Of a stretch of DNA of 64,000 nt, positions 25,993-39,869 are shown piece after piece. The translations under genes and the position numbers were made by a program. Location of the stretch: positions 105,338,001 through 105,402,000 of the forward strand of contig OZ024741.1 of the NCBI GenBank assembly GCA_964016885.1, in the 5' to 3' direction. How positions within the stretch are numbered: the first letter of the stretch is position 1; each line of letters opens with the position of its first letter. This DNA is from Eledone cirrhosa (Eukaryota). Under the pieces are notes generated by a model. The model did no database searches and was not told the origin of the DNA. It saw only the letters and a list, made by a program, of their open reading frames with translations.

Positions 25993-28420
25993 CAGGGCCG
26001 GATTTAGATTTGATGAGGCCCTAAGCTATTTGAGATAATGGGGCCCTTTATATGTCCAGATGTCCTATGTCAGCGACAAATTGTCGCTGTTTTTTTAGTT
26101 TAATATACTATATGATTTTTAGGACCTAATAGATATCAGAAGCCATTTGCACTTGATAAAATATGTATTTTATCAAAGTAGTTGTTAAATTGAAATACAA
26201 TTAAGAAGAAGTATATTAATAGTGAAATAATAAATTAATCTCTAACTCAAAATTATTTTTTATTCATAACAAACTTAATAATGCAAACACTTCGGTAAAA
26301 AAAATAAAGTTCTTTTAAAAAACACAATTTACAAAGGCTTATAATCTAATATCTAGAAACTTGCTATAAGAAATAATTATATTAATGCATCTACTTTCTT
26401 GCCTTTGCCAGAGCAAAATCACTGATGATATCTTCAAATGATAAACTGCATAGTTTGTCACTTTCTATGCACATGAGAGTGAGGGAACATAATTTATCTT
26501 GAGTCATTGTTGTTCTAAATTCATTTTTTATCCTCTTCAGCTGAGAAAAAGATCTTTCTCCAGAGCAATTTGCAATCATCAAACTAAGAAACATTCTCAA
26601 AATTGCTTCTACATTAGGGAATGCTGATTGGACATGATCGTTAAATATTACTCGATACAGATCCTGATGTATCACCCTATCATGGCTTTGACTATGTCTA
26701 ACGTATTGATGAAAATGCTGAAGTTCTCCAACAAGGTTCATGTCCACATCTTCAGGATATGTTTGGCATAGAGCACTACCTCCTTCACAAATCTCTTCTT
26801 CTGTAGCATTTAATTTTGTTAAGAATGAAAACTTTTTTGCAGCATCATTGTATACTGATGCCCTCAGTGCCAGATTTGACTCTAATGCATCCAACACAGG
26901 TATAAATGCTTTAACTCTGAACTTGACTCTTGGCTCAAGGTTCTCTAAAGCATCATCTTCATCATCGATATGCCTTCTTCTAGATCTGCTTTTCTTGTAA
27001 TCAACATCAGGCAATTTTTCCTTTGCCTGTTCTTCAAAATGATCGAAAAGATCCCTGGTACCTTTAACAAAATCCGAAAGTGAAGCATACAATTTCCTAC
27101 ATACATCTAGACTAACTTTGGGGCTCTTGCAGTGTTTGACTAGTCTTGTGAAATTCATCCAGCAAATAACTCCACAAATATAACATTACCATGAATTCAA
27201 ACTCCTCCATTTTATTCAAAATATTTATGGCTTGATTTCTTGTTTCGCCTTTCTCTGTAGTATCAATATGCAGCTGATGCAATGCAGGAATTATTCCATC
27301 ATAACTATCAAGTATTGCACTTGTGGTCATTGAATGTGCTTCCCATCTAGTCTTTGACAAAGACTTTGGAACTTTTGAATCATCTTTGAAGAATGACAAC
27401 AGTATTGCCCATCTATGTGTAGATGATGAAAAGAAATTGTATATTTCATGAACAATTTCAAGTTTACTGCATCTAAGCAACAGTCAACTGCTGCTCTACC
27501 AACAAGATTCAAAGAATGATCGACACATGGAATATACATAGCATACTTATTAATCTTCAATATTATTTCTTACATACCCTTGTATTTGCTAGACATATTG
27601 GCAGCATTATCATATGACTGGCCTCGACACTTACTAAAATCTATTTTGCACTCATTTGTAAGGCATCCTAGCTATACTTTCTAATTTTGGTAAGTTGCTA
27701 AGCTCTTCTTCAGCTTTCTCTTTTGAGCTCCACTTTTATAACTTCTGGTTGAAATTTTATAAACTGTGGGCAAAAAATTTAAAATAACTATAAACATATA
27801 TTTAAAATGTATTGCTGACATTTTTAAGAATTCATAATTGTTATTAGTTATATATTTAATTATTAATAGTAAAATGCATGAGAAATATGGAATTGATCAA
27901 CTACAATAATTATAAATATAATTGTTTCTACTTTAGGCACAAGGCCAGCAATTACCAGTACATTACTGGTACTTTATTTTATCGACCCCGTAAGGATGAA
28001 AGACAAAGTCAATCTCTGCGGGATTTGAACTCAGATCGTTAAGGGACGTAACTATGCTGGAAAGAATGGCGTCCGACCCTCTACCGATACTGCCAACAGA
28101 CCTACTAAGTATACTGATGAATATTTTTTAAAGTAATATTTAATAGGACCAAAATAAATAAATTATATATTATCTATATATATAAAGTTGTAGTGTCTGT
28201 CTGTTTGTTCACAAAGAATAGAACATGAGAAAATGTTATAAAAAGTGCAAAACGTTCAATATTAAAGCAGAAAACTGTTTAAAACTATTACATTATTTTA
28301 GTTCTTTTTATCTTATATTTTGGAAATGTACACACCGTTTTTTTTTTCAGTTTTTTCGGGGCTCCGAAAGTGGGGGCCCTAAGCTATAGCTTGATTAGCT
28401 TATACGTAAATCCCACTCTG
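25993..28420 (-). mobile_element. hAT DNA transposon, internally deleted (transposase remnant 26391-27660)
   Basis: Imperfect TIRs cagggccggattta / taaatcccactctg; degenerate 8-bp TSD gtcctgta / atcccgta; GQSYDNAANM, CVDHSLNL, TRW, CSGERSFSQLKRIK dimerisation motif. Confidence 0.9.
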
Positions 28421-28959
28421 ATCCCGTAACTCCTAGGAGTCGTAGGGGCGCTGTGTTGACATACAGTGTTTCTTGGACATTTTAAGCCTGGCGGAGCCCA
28501 TCCTTCTCCAGGTCTGAGTACAGCAGATTTCTTCCAGAGAAAGATAGAAAGTGAGAGAGAGGAAATGAGAAAGAGATATAGAGGAATAATCGACTCCAGT
28601 ATATGTGTGTATTTTTGGTTGAGTAATATATGCGTGTGCGTGTATTTTCCTCCCAGGACAATTTGGGACCCCCCCCCCCCCCCCCCCAAAAAAAAAGAGT
28701 CGCTTTAACTGTGTCCAAATCCTTTAAGAAAACGACCTTGGCCAGTCGATCAAGCCTGCCATTCCGTAAAAAAAGATAGGATTTAGCAGTTGCCGACGTT
28801 ATGTTGCTTAAAGCAATGTAAGAAAATAACGGACGTCATAGTAAAATATCTAATTCATTTTATTGCTTGTTTAGGTTTTAATGTTGAACTGTATAGACAG
28901 ATATTTAAGCAGAAATAGACGAAGGTAGATATGGCTTTACGTATTATATTATAATATAT

Positions 28960-29170
28960 ATGATGTCAGAAACTCTCAGGAGAGCTGGACAGCAGGTGTT
29001 CGGAAAAGTATTTCGGTCCTTAACTTGTATCACCGGATACATAGCGCATACTCTGACTGTTGTCTGATTGGTCCGATTTTTGCTAATTCGCTGCTTCGTA
29101 TATCCGCATGCGCAGTGGATCCGAACGAATACTATGAAATATTTTTGTTTTCATGTTTTGATTATTAAAG
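28960..29170 (+). promoter_or_regulatory. Putative alternative CpG-rich promoter/exon of ZNF-2
   Basis: CCAAT box (ctgattgg ~29065), NRF1-like cgcatgcgca ~29105, strong donor AAG|gtaaga at 29171. Confidence 0.5.
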
Positions 29171-29539
29171 GTAAGAATATCAATTTATTTTTACAGTTCA
29201 AATGTTAAGTTAAACAAACAACAAAATGTATATATTCATTTTTATAAAGATATACTTTATTATAATCAATATTAATATCGTTATCAATAGTCAGCTATAT
29301 ATTATTATTATTAACGCACTGGGATCGATTTAATCGACTTTCTCCTTCCTTTCAAATTGCTGGCCTTGTGCCCAAATTAGAAACAATTATTATTATTACC
29401 ATTATTATATTTCCATCTATCATAGTTTATCTCTCTCCATTTAATTTATACAACCAATTTTAGTTTTAAAAATTAAAATTTTAATCTCTAACTTGAATTT
29501 CCGATATTGCCAATTTAAAGAAAAAAATACCTTATATCA

Positions 29540-30000
29540 ATACTTTATCCATAAAGTCGGTCTCAGTATAAATAATTGCCAATGTGGCAAGCCTTATGAT
29601 TCTATGGGTTTCCATGGATTGTCATGTCAATATAATTGTTTCTACTTTTGGCACAAGGCCAGCAATTAAATCCAGTGCATTACTGGTACTTTATTTCATC
29701 GACCCCGTAAGGATGAAAGGCAAAGTTAACCACAGCGGGATTTGAACTCAGAATGGCAATATAATACAGTTCGTTCACATACCCAAAATACTGCGTTGGG
29801 GGTCGGGGTCACTGAATAACCGTAATTTATCAGTAAATTACATTTTGAACCAGTCGAGAGAGCTGGGCTACTGACTGAGATTTTTGTCATTGTAGTCTGT
29901 TCGTTTTACTGAAGTATTTGGTGAGGGTACTTGACTATTCCAGCGCCTTAGCCTCGTTACTATTCGCTCTAATGACATGAGTATTTAGGGTTGCCTCAAA
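29540..30000 (+). mobile_element. Old CRE-like 3' fragment interrupted by a SINE
   Basis: CQCGKPYDSMGFHGLSC at ~29577 and LFQRLSLVTIRSN at ~29935. Confidence 0.6.
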
Positions 30001-31403
30001 TTTTTTTGGAAGGCAACATTTAGTGTCCTGTTGTAGTGTGTATGTCTTTTTTTTATTTCCTAGCTGACGCATGTTTATTGATTTGTTTCTTTTGTAAATC
30101 ACATTTATCTATCTATTATATTTAAGCTTTAGTACTTGTCGTGTAAAACGTCTGTTACCCCGAAAGAAGCATGGTATGAGTGTGCATGAGACGGAGTGGT
30201 GGTGGTGGTGAGGACAGCAACACTATAATTTGTTTTTTAATCTCTCATCTTTATGGTAAGCAGATGGTGTGTGTGAGAGGAAGAATTAAAAGAAGAATTA
30301 CGTTTTAAAAAGTCGACCATGCTGTGAAAAGATTGTTGAGTAAGCTGGTTGGATAATGTCCATAAGCTCGGCTTGTCTTGTTTGGAGAAACGGTTGCTTA
30401 TGACAGGACCCACTGGAAGGAGTGTTTGAGGACTCTGCCTCGACGACCCTCTCATGATTACGTGGCCGAAGAAGTATTGCATATATTAACATATCATAAT
30501 TTAATGTCTGTTTTCCCTGCTAGCAAAGATTGAACAGATTGTCCAGGATCAAGTCAGTTCTGAGATGGGTCAAAGGCCTGCATTTCACTTACCTATCTTC
30601 AGACATTCTACAAAGTGCTTCGACGAGCCAGAGACCCTTATCTCAGTTATATTCCCATGCTCTATCAAGTGCATTAATTGTGACACCAGCACAAGAGCTT
30701 TTTTACAACTGAAGAGTCTTCACAACCCTTTGTTTTGTTTGAATGTTCTTCTTATCACCAACCACTTCACAGAGTGAACTGGGTGTGTTTATCATGTAGA
30801 TCACCAACACTATGGAAGTTGTTATGCCCTTGTCATAACTAATGAGTCATCTCAACCCTTTGTTTGGCAAGTTTTCTGTACTAGGTGTGTTTATCATGTA
30901 GATCGCCAACACTAGATTTTCATGTCTTTGACACAACTGACTATTTATATATTTATAACATATACATAAAAAATGTTAATGTCATATTGATCTTGAACAC
31001 TTAGTGGTTGTTCCTAATTAAACCATGGAATTACCATGAGGTTAGCTAGTTCATAGTAAAACAAAAAACTTTTCAACATATACATAAGAAATATGCACAT
31101 TAACAACAAAATATAGTTATTTTTCTTACTTTTTATCATTTCTTTGTCTGTCAATTTAATATTTCTTCTTCTTTGATCTGTTATAAAGATTGTAGAATCC
31201 CTGAAGACAACCTGTCTTTAATCGTACATCTGCTCAGTTGAATGTGACAGGATTGAACAACAAAGTGCTATATAGTCACTAAGCGTACGAGAAATACCAT
31301 CGAAATTGCCATCACATTTCACCTTGAAAGTTGAGGACTAGGTTCACATTTCTGGAGAGAGAAGAATATTATCATCCATTATTTTGTAGATTAACACACA
31401 CAC

Positions 31404-31447
<44 letters not shown>

Positions 31448-31461
31448 ATACTTGTGGAAGA

Positions 31462-31853
31462 TCATATTTGTGTAATATTGCCAGAATTAATAACAGAACA
31501 CACTCACTGTTTGGTTGGTTTTCGCTTTTCGCTTCTGTGTCTTTTATATCGGTTAATTTAATTTATTCGGTCCTCAATGTTGCCATTGACTGACCAACGG
31601 TCAAAAATACAGATACAATATAGACACAAACACATATATATAGTCTATCAAAGTTCTTTCGTTGCACATATATATAGACTATATATATGTGTTTGTGTCT
31701 ATATTGTATCTGTATTTTTGACCGTTGGTCAGTCAATGGCAACATTGAGGACCGAATAAATTAAATTAACCGATATAAAAGACACAGAAGCGAAAACCAA
31801 CCAAACAGTGAGTGTGTTCTGTTATTAATTCTGGCAATATTACATAAATATGA
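31462..31853. repeat. Near-perfect long inverted repeat (arms 187 and 180 bp, 25-nt loop)
   Basis: 31462-31648 is the reverse complement of 31674-31853 apart from one mismatch and a 7-nt duplication. Confidence 0.97.
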
Positions 31854-32679
31854 CCCAATATTTGTTTCGACACCCGATTTCATATCAAAAACTTTGCAAA
31901 ACTAATTCATCGCCGTTATATATATATATATATAAGCGGAGTAGCCTGTAGTCGCTGGAAAATTTTCACCATAAAATGCCTTTCTTTCAATTTGTTTTAT
32001 TCCATGTCAAACCATGTTACTTATTCCCCGTGGCTTATCCCCATTGGTGGTTTCTATTGAAATTTACTCTGTGGAGCTGTATGTTGAAGTGGTATTAATG
32101 GCTTGGTGTGTACTTTAGCATGAGTGTCTTCACATAAACATTGGGTAACTTCAGTGAGGACAACACTCTGCCTCATAGCAAAAACAATGCCCTCTGTTGA
32201 CGGCATGGACATACAGAATAAGATCACATTGAAGGAATGCATGAGACAATCAATAAAAGCCAGAATACTTAAATTGTCATAGTAACAGTTAATGATAGTA
32301 TTGCTCCTTGGGGGGGGGGGGGGGGGGGGGGGGGGTAATTCTTTTTTTAATTAAAAATCTCCATGTGCCCAAAACCCTTCTCTTTGGGATGCAGATTGTG
32401 AAAATCAAATCCGTTTTCCTTCAGGGTGCACCGTTTCAGGGCGACGTACAAACATACATAAACACTTACACTCTCAAATGTGTATAAGTAAAAGTAAAGA
32501 TGGCTTTCCAAGGAGGATCAGAAAAAAAACACAGTTAAATAATATACTCAATATGTTAGTTAAGAAGCATATTTATTTTATATAGAAATGACTTCTACAG
32601 GACTAGAACTGTTACTTGTGTACAAAATCATTAGGAATGTCATACAAATGATGATATCATACAAATGAAACAGCTATAA

Positions 32680-34015
32680 AAGTTGACAGCAGTGTAGATA
32701 AAGCAATTAAAGGCATGAAGGTAGGGAAGGCAGCTGGACCATTTGATATAGTCACTAAGATACTAGAAGCATCTAGCATAGTAGGATATGAGCTAGTCAG
32801 AGCTAATCAAGTAATACAAGATGGTGCAGCAGTATAATTATAATTTGTGACAAGGGCAAAGGAGATGCACTAGAGCGAAGTAACTACAGAAGCAGCAAGT
32901 TGATGGACCAGGTCATGAAAGTTGCTGAAAAAGTTATAGCACAACTAATTAGGGAGAGAATAAAGTTAAATGAGATGCAGTTTGGATATATGCTAGGTAG
33001 GGGTACTACTGATGCCTTCTTTCTGGTGAGACAACTACAGGAGAAGTACTTAGATAAGAATAAGCCACTGTATCTGGCATTTGTAGATATGGAAAAGACA
33101 TTTGACAAGGTCCCATGCACTGTAATCTGGTGGGCACTTAAGAAGCTAAGTGTAGATGAATGGTTTGTTATGGTCATGCAAGCTATGTATAAAAGTGTAA
33201 TCAGCAAAGTGAAAATTGGCAATGAGTGCAGTGATGAATTTGAAGTGCATGTTGGGCTTCACCAAGGCTCAGTCAACTTCTGTTTATCATTGTCCTTCAG
33301 GCCATCACTGAGGAGTTTAAAACTGGCACTCCTTGGGAAATCCTATATTCTCTATCACTACACTGCCTCACACGCACACACTATTGACCTCCTCCCCTCC
33401 ATTACATCCCTTCTGCCCCTATACTATCAGTCACCCTGTACTCTTACTCATCACCCTATCAAATCACCATATGCATACCTATCTCCCTCTCTTGCTCTCT
33501 TCTCCCCCAAGCCCAGAGTGGAGAGGGCTCTTCAGTTGGGACTATGACCAACATCCTCTCTAGTGATGGTGCCACAAAAATGCACCCAGTACACTCTTAG
33601 ATGGTTGGCAATAGGAAAGGTACCCCACTGTAGAAACAATGCCTATAAGTGTTGAGACGACCCCTCAGTTGTGTCGATGGCACACCAACCTCTCTAGTGC
33701 TGATGATCTACACAATAAATGTACCCAATTCATGCTGTAAAGTGGTTGGTGTTAGGAAGGGGTCTTTAGTTGTGTCAAGAACATGACAAACTCCTTAGTG
33801 TTGATCTATATGATAATCGCACTCAGTACACTCTGTAAAGTGGTTGGTGATAGGAAGAACATTCAGGTGTAGAAAGTTTGCCCAACAAAGAGTTAGGAGG
33901 ACACTTCAGTGTCTATATATTGTGGGAGATCAGTAGTCCTACTGACTTGGCCTATGAAAACCTATCCAACCCTTGCTAGCAGAGAACATGGACATTAAAC
34001 AATGATAATGATGAT
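32680..34015 (+). mobile_element. RTE LINE fragment plus SINE-like tail repeats
   Basis: QFGYMLGRGTTDAFF, AFVDMEKTFDKVP, GLHQGS. Confidence 0.85.
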
Positions 34016-34664
34016 ATATATGTGTTTAATGTTACACAAGCTGAAGGTGTATTTACTGTCCTTAAATATATAGACTTCACACAAGGTTCATCGTTGTCAT
34101 CATCACTTTTTTACTTTTTTGGCATGGTTTGGACAGGACTTTTTGAAGCAATGTTCTGTGAGCAGATACCCTTCCTGACACTATCCATTTCAGTCGCTTC
34201 TTATGACACACAGAGATATGATCAACTTATTCTAAATCAAGCAATGTAATTTAAATATATTAAAATTAAATTGTTCAGGTAAATGTTTATATCTGCAGTT
34301 TATCAATATAGAAATATAATAAAATTGATGAATCTTTGCTTTTTATCTTCTATATCTTATACTGTTTCTTTATTATTTCAGAATATCAGATGACATTGTC
34401 ATTAAAGACTTCTTTACACCAGATTCATCATCAATATTTATCATCTTTTAATGACTAAAGGAATATGTGTACAGAACAGATATAACACTGTTTATATAAC
34501 TCTTCAGGTATCAACAAAAATAACAAATGAAAATACAACAGTAGAAATACTTTCATCAACATAAGAATATATAAAATTGAAAACAAGAAAAGTATCTATA
34601 TATTGTGGTGAGAGAAGAAAATTATGTAAGAAACTAAAGAATTGATATTATTTTTCTTGAAGAC

Positions 34665-35627
34665 ATGCAGAAAGAAAAAGGAAACACATCATACCTCTGT
34701 GATATCTGTGGTAAATCTTTCTCTCAAAAAAGTGGTGACCTAACTACGCACAAATGTATTCTTACAGAGGAGAAATTATATCGCTGTGATATTTGTGGTA
34801 AATCATTCTCTCAAACTGGTCACTTAACTATTCACAAACGGATTCATACAGGAGAGAAACCTTACCACTGTGATGTTTGTGGTAAATCATTCTCTGTTAG
34901 AAGCACTTTAACTACTCACAAACGTATTCATACAGGTGAGAAACCATATCACTGTGATATCTGTGGTAAATCATTCTCTGTAGGAAGTCATTTAACTAAA
35001 CACAAACGCATACATACAGGAGAGAAACCATATCACTGCCACGCCTGCGGTAAATCTTTCTCTCAAGTAAATAGCTTAACTAAGCATATACGTATTCATA
35101 CAGGAGAGAAGCCATATAACTGTGATATCTGTGGTGAATCATTCTCTCAAACAAGTCACTTAGCTACGCACAAATACATTCATACAGGAGAGAAGCCATA
35201 TAACTGTGATATCTGTAGGAAATCATTCTCTAGAAGTAGTGACTTAACTGCTCACAAACGTGTTCATACAGGAAAGAAGCCATATGATTGTGATGTCTGT
35301 GGTAAATCTTTCTCTGAAGAGAGTCATTTGATTAAACACAAACACATTCATACAGGAGAAAAACCATATCAATGTGATATCTGTGGTAAATCATTCTCTC
35401 AAAATCCTCTTCTAAGTAAACACAAACGCATTCATACAGGAGAGAAACCATATCACTGTGATATCTGTGGCAAATCATTCTCTCTAAATCATCACTTAAC
35501 TGCTCACAAAAGCATTCATACTGGAGAGAAACCATATCACTGTGATATCTGTGGTATATCATTCTCTCAGATTGGTAACTTATCTAGACACAAGTATATT
35601 CATACTCTAGAAAAGCCATGTAACTGA
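34665..35627 (+). CDS. C2H2 zinc-finger protein (ZNF-2), 11 fingers (first degenerate)
   Basis: 320-aa ORF with [16 protein letters not shown] repeats; acceptor ttattatttcag ending at 34381. Confidence 0.95.
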   Translation: MQKEKGNTSYLCDICGKSFSQKSGDLTTHKCILTEEKLYRCDICGKSFSQTGHLTIHKRIHTGEKPYHCDVCGKSFSVRSTLTTHKRIHTGEKPYHCDICGKSFSVGSHLTKHKRIHTGEKPYHCHACGKSFSQVNSLTKHIRIHTGEKPYNCDICGESFSQTSHLATHKYIHTGEKPYNCDICRKSFSRSSDLTAHKRVHTGKKPYDCDVCGKSFSEESHLIKHKHIHTGEKPYQCDICGKSFSQNPLLSKHKRIHTGEKPYHCDICGKSFSLNHHLTAHKSIHTGEKPYHCDICGISFSQIGNLSRHKYIHTLEKPCN

Positions 35628-37079
35628 TATTTCTACTAAATCATGTTCTCAAAAAATTCACTTATATATCTATGCTCCAAAATAACTATTAATGTCAAAA
35701 GTCATTCACTGAAGAAATATTGTATGTAACCATAAAGATATTCACACATGAAAGAAGATATAACTGTCTTTTAACCTCCAGACGTTACATTTTATATAAC
35801 TGCAATTATATTTTCATTGTAAGTTAATGCCACTACCTGGTCTTTGGATGTAACAAGCAGCTACTATGTTTTGCATCAAATGGTTTTAACCAAAAAAATA
35901 ATATATTTTCAGATTTATCAAATTTTGCAGAGAGAAATTCATCAATAATGAATTTTTCAGTGGGACTGCAGTAATTTTAATAGGCTGTGAGAAAATTCAA
36001 AACTCTGAACATTGACACAACCTGCTGGATAGAGAACTTACACATTTTAAGTTATTTTATTTAACACCTACCATCTCATAGAAGAAAGCAGCAAATTGGC
36101 AGTTATTAGACCATCTGATGGAATGCTTTGCAGCATTCATTCCAGCTTTCTGCACTCAAATTCTGCTGAGGTCGAATTTGCCTTTCATCTTTTCATGGTC
36201 ATTTAAAAAAAATATTAGTCTAGTACTGAGATTGATTCTTCCTCTCTATCTCTTACTCACTTCCTCTCTCTCTGTGTTCAGACACGGAGAGGGGATACGC
36301 TCTGCTAAGTTTAAAATGTCCAAGACATGCTGTATGACTCCATCAGAAGTTACAGGTCCATATATACATACATTCTTAGAGGAATAACCTTAAGAATAGG
36401 TTCAGTGTCCTTCTTCATAGCAGTTTGTATTACTTCTTTTATAGCTGCTGTAATAATATTATTTTTTATCATGTTAAAGGAAATATTGTGAGAGGCTTTT
36501 CCCTTTTGAATATTGGATTGTAACTTACGAAAAGACATTGTTAGAGCTTTAAATGACATACTCTGTGGTCTCTGTTCTAGCTCTCTGTGCTGAGTTAAAA
36601 TCCTCTCAAGATCAACTTTGCTTATCATCTGTGTTGGCATTAGATAAGGAATCAGTCCAGAGCAGTGGATTGACAAAATTGCTAAAGCTTTAAACAAAAT
36701 ACCTAGTATTTGTTTTGTGCTCAAATCAGCAGGAAAAAAGAATTCAAATAAAAAAAAAAAGAAAATAATTTAATACTTTCAAACAAATTAAAACTATTTT
36801 TCATTTTTACTTAATGTTCTTATTTAATATGCATGAATTAGCTACATGACATTTATTCATTTCAGTCATGAAATATAGTTTTCATACATTCAGTCTATGC
36901 CATCATCTAAAACACATAAAATAGTGAGGATTGAACACATATCTGTAGTACATATATGTCCCCTGATCCATTTATAACTACTTCTTAACCAGGGAAATTC
37001 TTGTGTGTATGTAAATTCAACTAGTTCGACATAGTAGACTTCTACCTGTCGATCTCAGCAACCCTGTTAGATAAAACGT

Positions 37080-38020
37080 TGGAGTTAGCAATATATAAAC
37101 CTCCATCCATGACTTAGACAAACAGATCATTATCCTCTTCAATAATGATGTAGCCTGTACAAAAAAATCAACTACCTCAGAACTATTTGATGTCTCAATG
37201 AGATCATTCGATAGGGTTGATGTATGCAATTTGGTTGGATTATACATATTAGATACACTGAAAGTCAAATTCCCGGACTTCCACATGGGTTTATACCGCG
37301 ACAACAGTTTGACCCATAAAGGTGGCCACAATCTTGACCATTTTAGAAAAGACCTAATAGCCACATTCACTGAGTTAGGACTTAAGAGCACTGTAGCCAC
37401 AAATCTGACTTGTATAGATTATTTAGACATCAACCTAGACCTTTGCACACACATATTCAGACCTTTCCACAAACTTAATGAAAAGTTAACTTATATACAC
37501 AAGGACTCATGTCACCCAGCTATGGTCTTTAAAAACTTTGTTAAAACATCAGTACTAGCATTTCTAATATTTCTTCTAACACGGCCATCTTTGATATAGC
37601 AGTACCTTACTATAACACTGCATTAACCATTTGCGACTTCTCCTCTTCGATAAAATTTCTTACTCCCCTCCTAATCACACTACCAGCAGAAATAAAAAAA
37701 TAATTTGGTTCTGCCCACCCTTCTCACTCAGAGTTAGAACTAATGTAGGTAGAAAATTCTTGGCACTTCTAGACGAACACTTTTCCATAGGACATAAATA
37801 CAGACCTATCTTCAATAGACATAGGGTGAAACTCAGATATTCCTATGCTAAAAATATGAAAGCCCACATCACCACCAGTTCCAAGAGTTCTCCCCCACCT
37901 GGATGCTCTTGCAGACAGCCAGAAACATGCTCTCTTCAACAACAGTGTAACACCACAGTAGCCTATGAGGCTGAAGTTATATCCACTCGACCGAATCAAC
38001 AGCAGATCAAATTCTGTGTG
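37080..38020 (+). mobile_element. Penelope-like element (Naiad/Chlamys-type): RT, thumb and start of GIY-YIG linker
   Basis: MRSFDRVDVCNLVGLYIL, GLYRDN, YIHKDSCHP, IIWFCPPFS..TNVGRKFL..IFNR, CSC..C..C linker. Confidence 0.85.
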
Positions 38021-39869
38021 AATATATCTTGGCCAAAACCAGTGAAGTGTGATGGTGAAGATCAGATTAAAGGTGATATGGAGGCACATGGCTTAGTGGT
38101 TAGAGCATTGGCCTTGCAATCGAAATGTTGTGAGTTCAATTCTCAGACCGGGCGATGTGTTGTTTCCTTGAGCAAGACACTTTATTTCACATTGCTCCAG
38201 TTTACTCAGCTGTAGAAATGAGATGATAGGGACTGGGGTCCCTATCATTCCACTGTAAAGTGGATGTGTAGGTGCCATGGCAAAAAAGCACCCAGCACTC
38301 ACTGTAAATGAGGTTGGTGTTAGGAAAGGCATCCAGCTGTAGAAATCAAGCCAGAATCAGTTCCCGTCCCACCCTTGCAAGCAGGGAAAAAGCAGACGTA
38401 AAATGAAATGATGAAATGATGATGATGTTCTATGGCAATCAAGAGGGTTATAAAAAGTAATGAAAGTTAGGTTGAAAGACTTACGTAATGAAAAATACAT
38501 TAAGAAAAAATATAAATATATATTAGTTATTGTCAGTGTTTCATTAAAATAATTGATTATGGGTAAGTAATCTAGCTCACACTTATATGTGTGTGTTTAT
38601 ATTGTGAAAGAAAAGACGCGTGGTTTGGGGGTTTCCTAGCAACTTACGTGATGCCTCTCCTTATCCCTGCAAGGTTCAAAAAATGATATACCAGTACTGA
38701 GTATATTCATATATTGAAGATGGGGAAACTAATTAATTCTAAGCACTCAAAAAATGGAAACCAGTTCTGGCGTTTTGTGTGTAACTCAGAAGTCCTCAGA
38801 GGGTCAGTTGGTGATGTAACACATACCAGATAATTATTAATAGCAGTGATGCATGGTGATAGAATTGTAGAGGATGGGTAGAAATGCAAGTATATAGTTG
38901 TAGGTAAACTTTAAATCAAATAAAATTTAATTTAAATTAAATGCATAGCTAGTATTGGGTCTTATGAGTCACTCAATATTAGATTCCAAATGGAATATAA
39001 TTATATATTATCAGATAAAATATGAAAATATAGGGAACTAAGGTGGAGATTAATGATAAATTTTATATTTTGTAGTATATCCCTGTGTAGTTATAATACT
39101 ATAGAACTATATGGAATGTTAGGCAGTAAGTTTCATGGGGGTGGGGGTAATTAAACATAATTACTAGATGGGGAATAAGTAAAAGAGGGGGTGGGAGTAA
39201 TTAAATATATAATTAATGGATGGTGAATAAGTAAAAGAGATAATGAAATACAATTAATGAATGATAATGATTAATACCTCGTTGAAATTATTGGGGTGAG
39301 ACATGTGGTATTAGAAAATAGCATCACATATGACGTATAAGATAACCTGTATCTTAAGGTGTACACAAGTTATATTAGAAATATAAAGTACAATAAAAAT
39401 CAAAATGAAATCGAATATGTAATGTAAGGTCTGAGATGCAACTTTCAATGTAAGTATCTAAAAGAACACTAAACAATAAAGGTTAAAACTTAGTACAAGA
39501 TGTAGAAACAGAAGGAATAATACAGATGCATCAAACAATTAAGAGAGTCTATCAGAAATCTCGTTGGTCCATACAAGTATTTGTTTATGAGGGCAGTAAC
39601 TCCAATTAAAGACTATTGCACGGGGTAGATGTAGGCCCTGTAAGCCAGAGTGAAGGCAACCTGTCTAGGAGAGCAGACACCAAATAAAAACATACACAAG
39701 GTGGAGAGGATTCTTGAGTCCAGTAAAACAATCTCTAGTGTATGATGAATATAACTCCCACAAATTGCATATACAAAGCTAACACTAGTCATGTTAGGGC
39801 TGCGCACAGTAGTGGGATGGCTAGAGTAGCCACATGCGAGAACTCTTGACCATCATCAAACAATTGCAC

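Noticed and set aside
31563-31759. Two near-identical 60-aa ORFs on opposite strands
   Set aside because: Artefact of the palindrome; no coding signature
32590-32641. Minus-strand hammerhead-like layout (ctaatga...gtaa...ta)
   Set aside because: Two core substitutions and weak helix II; at most a relic
35332-35562. Antisense ORFs with [10 protein letters not shown] repeats (also 44842-45156)
   Set aside because: Shadow frames of zinc-finger codon repeats
39540-39810. Possible CR1/L2-like LINE relic on the minus strand (similar piece near 56020-56120)
   Set aside because: Too degraded to assign by eye
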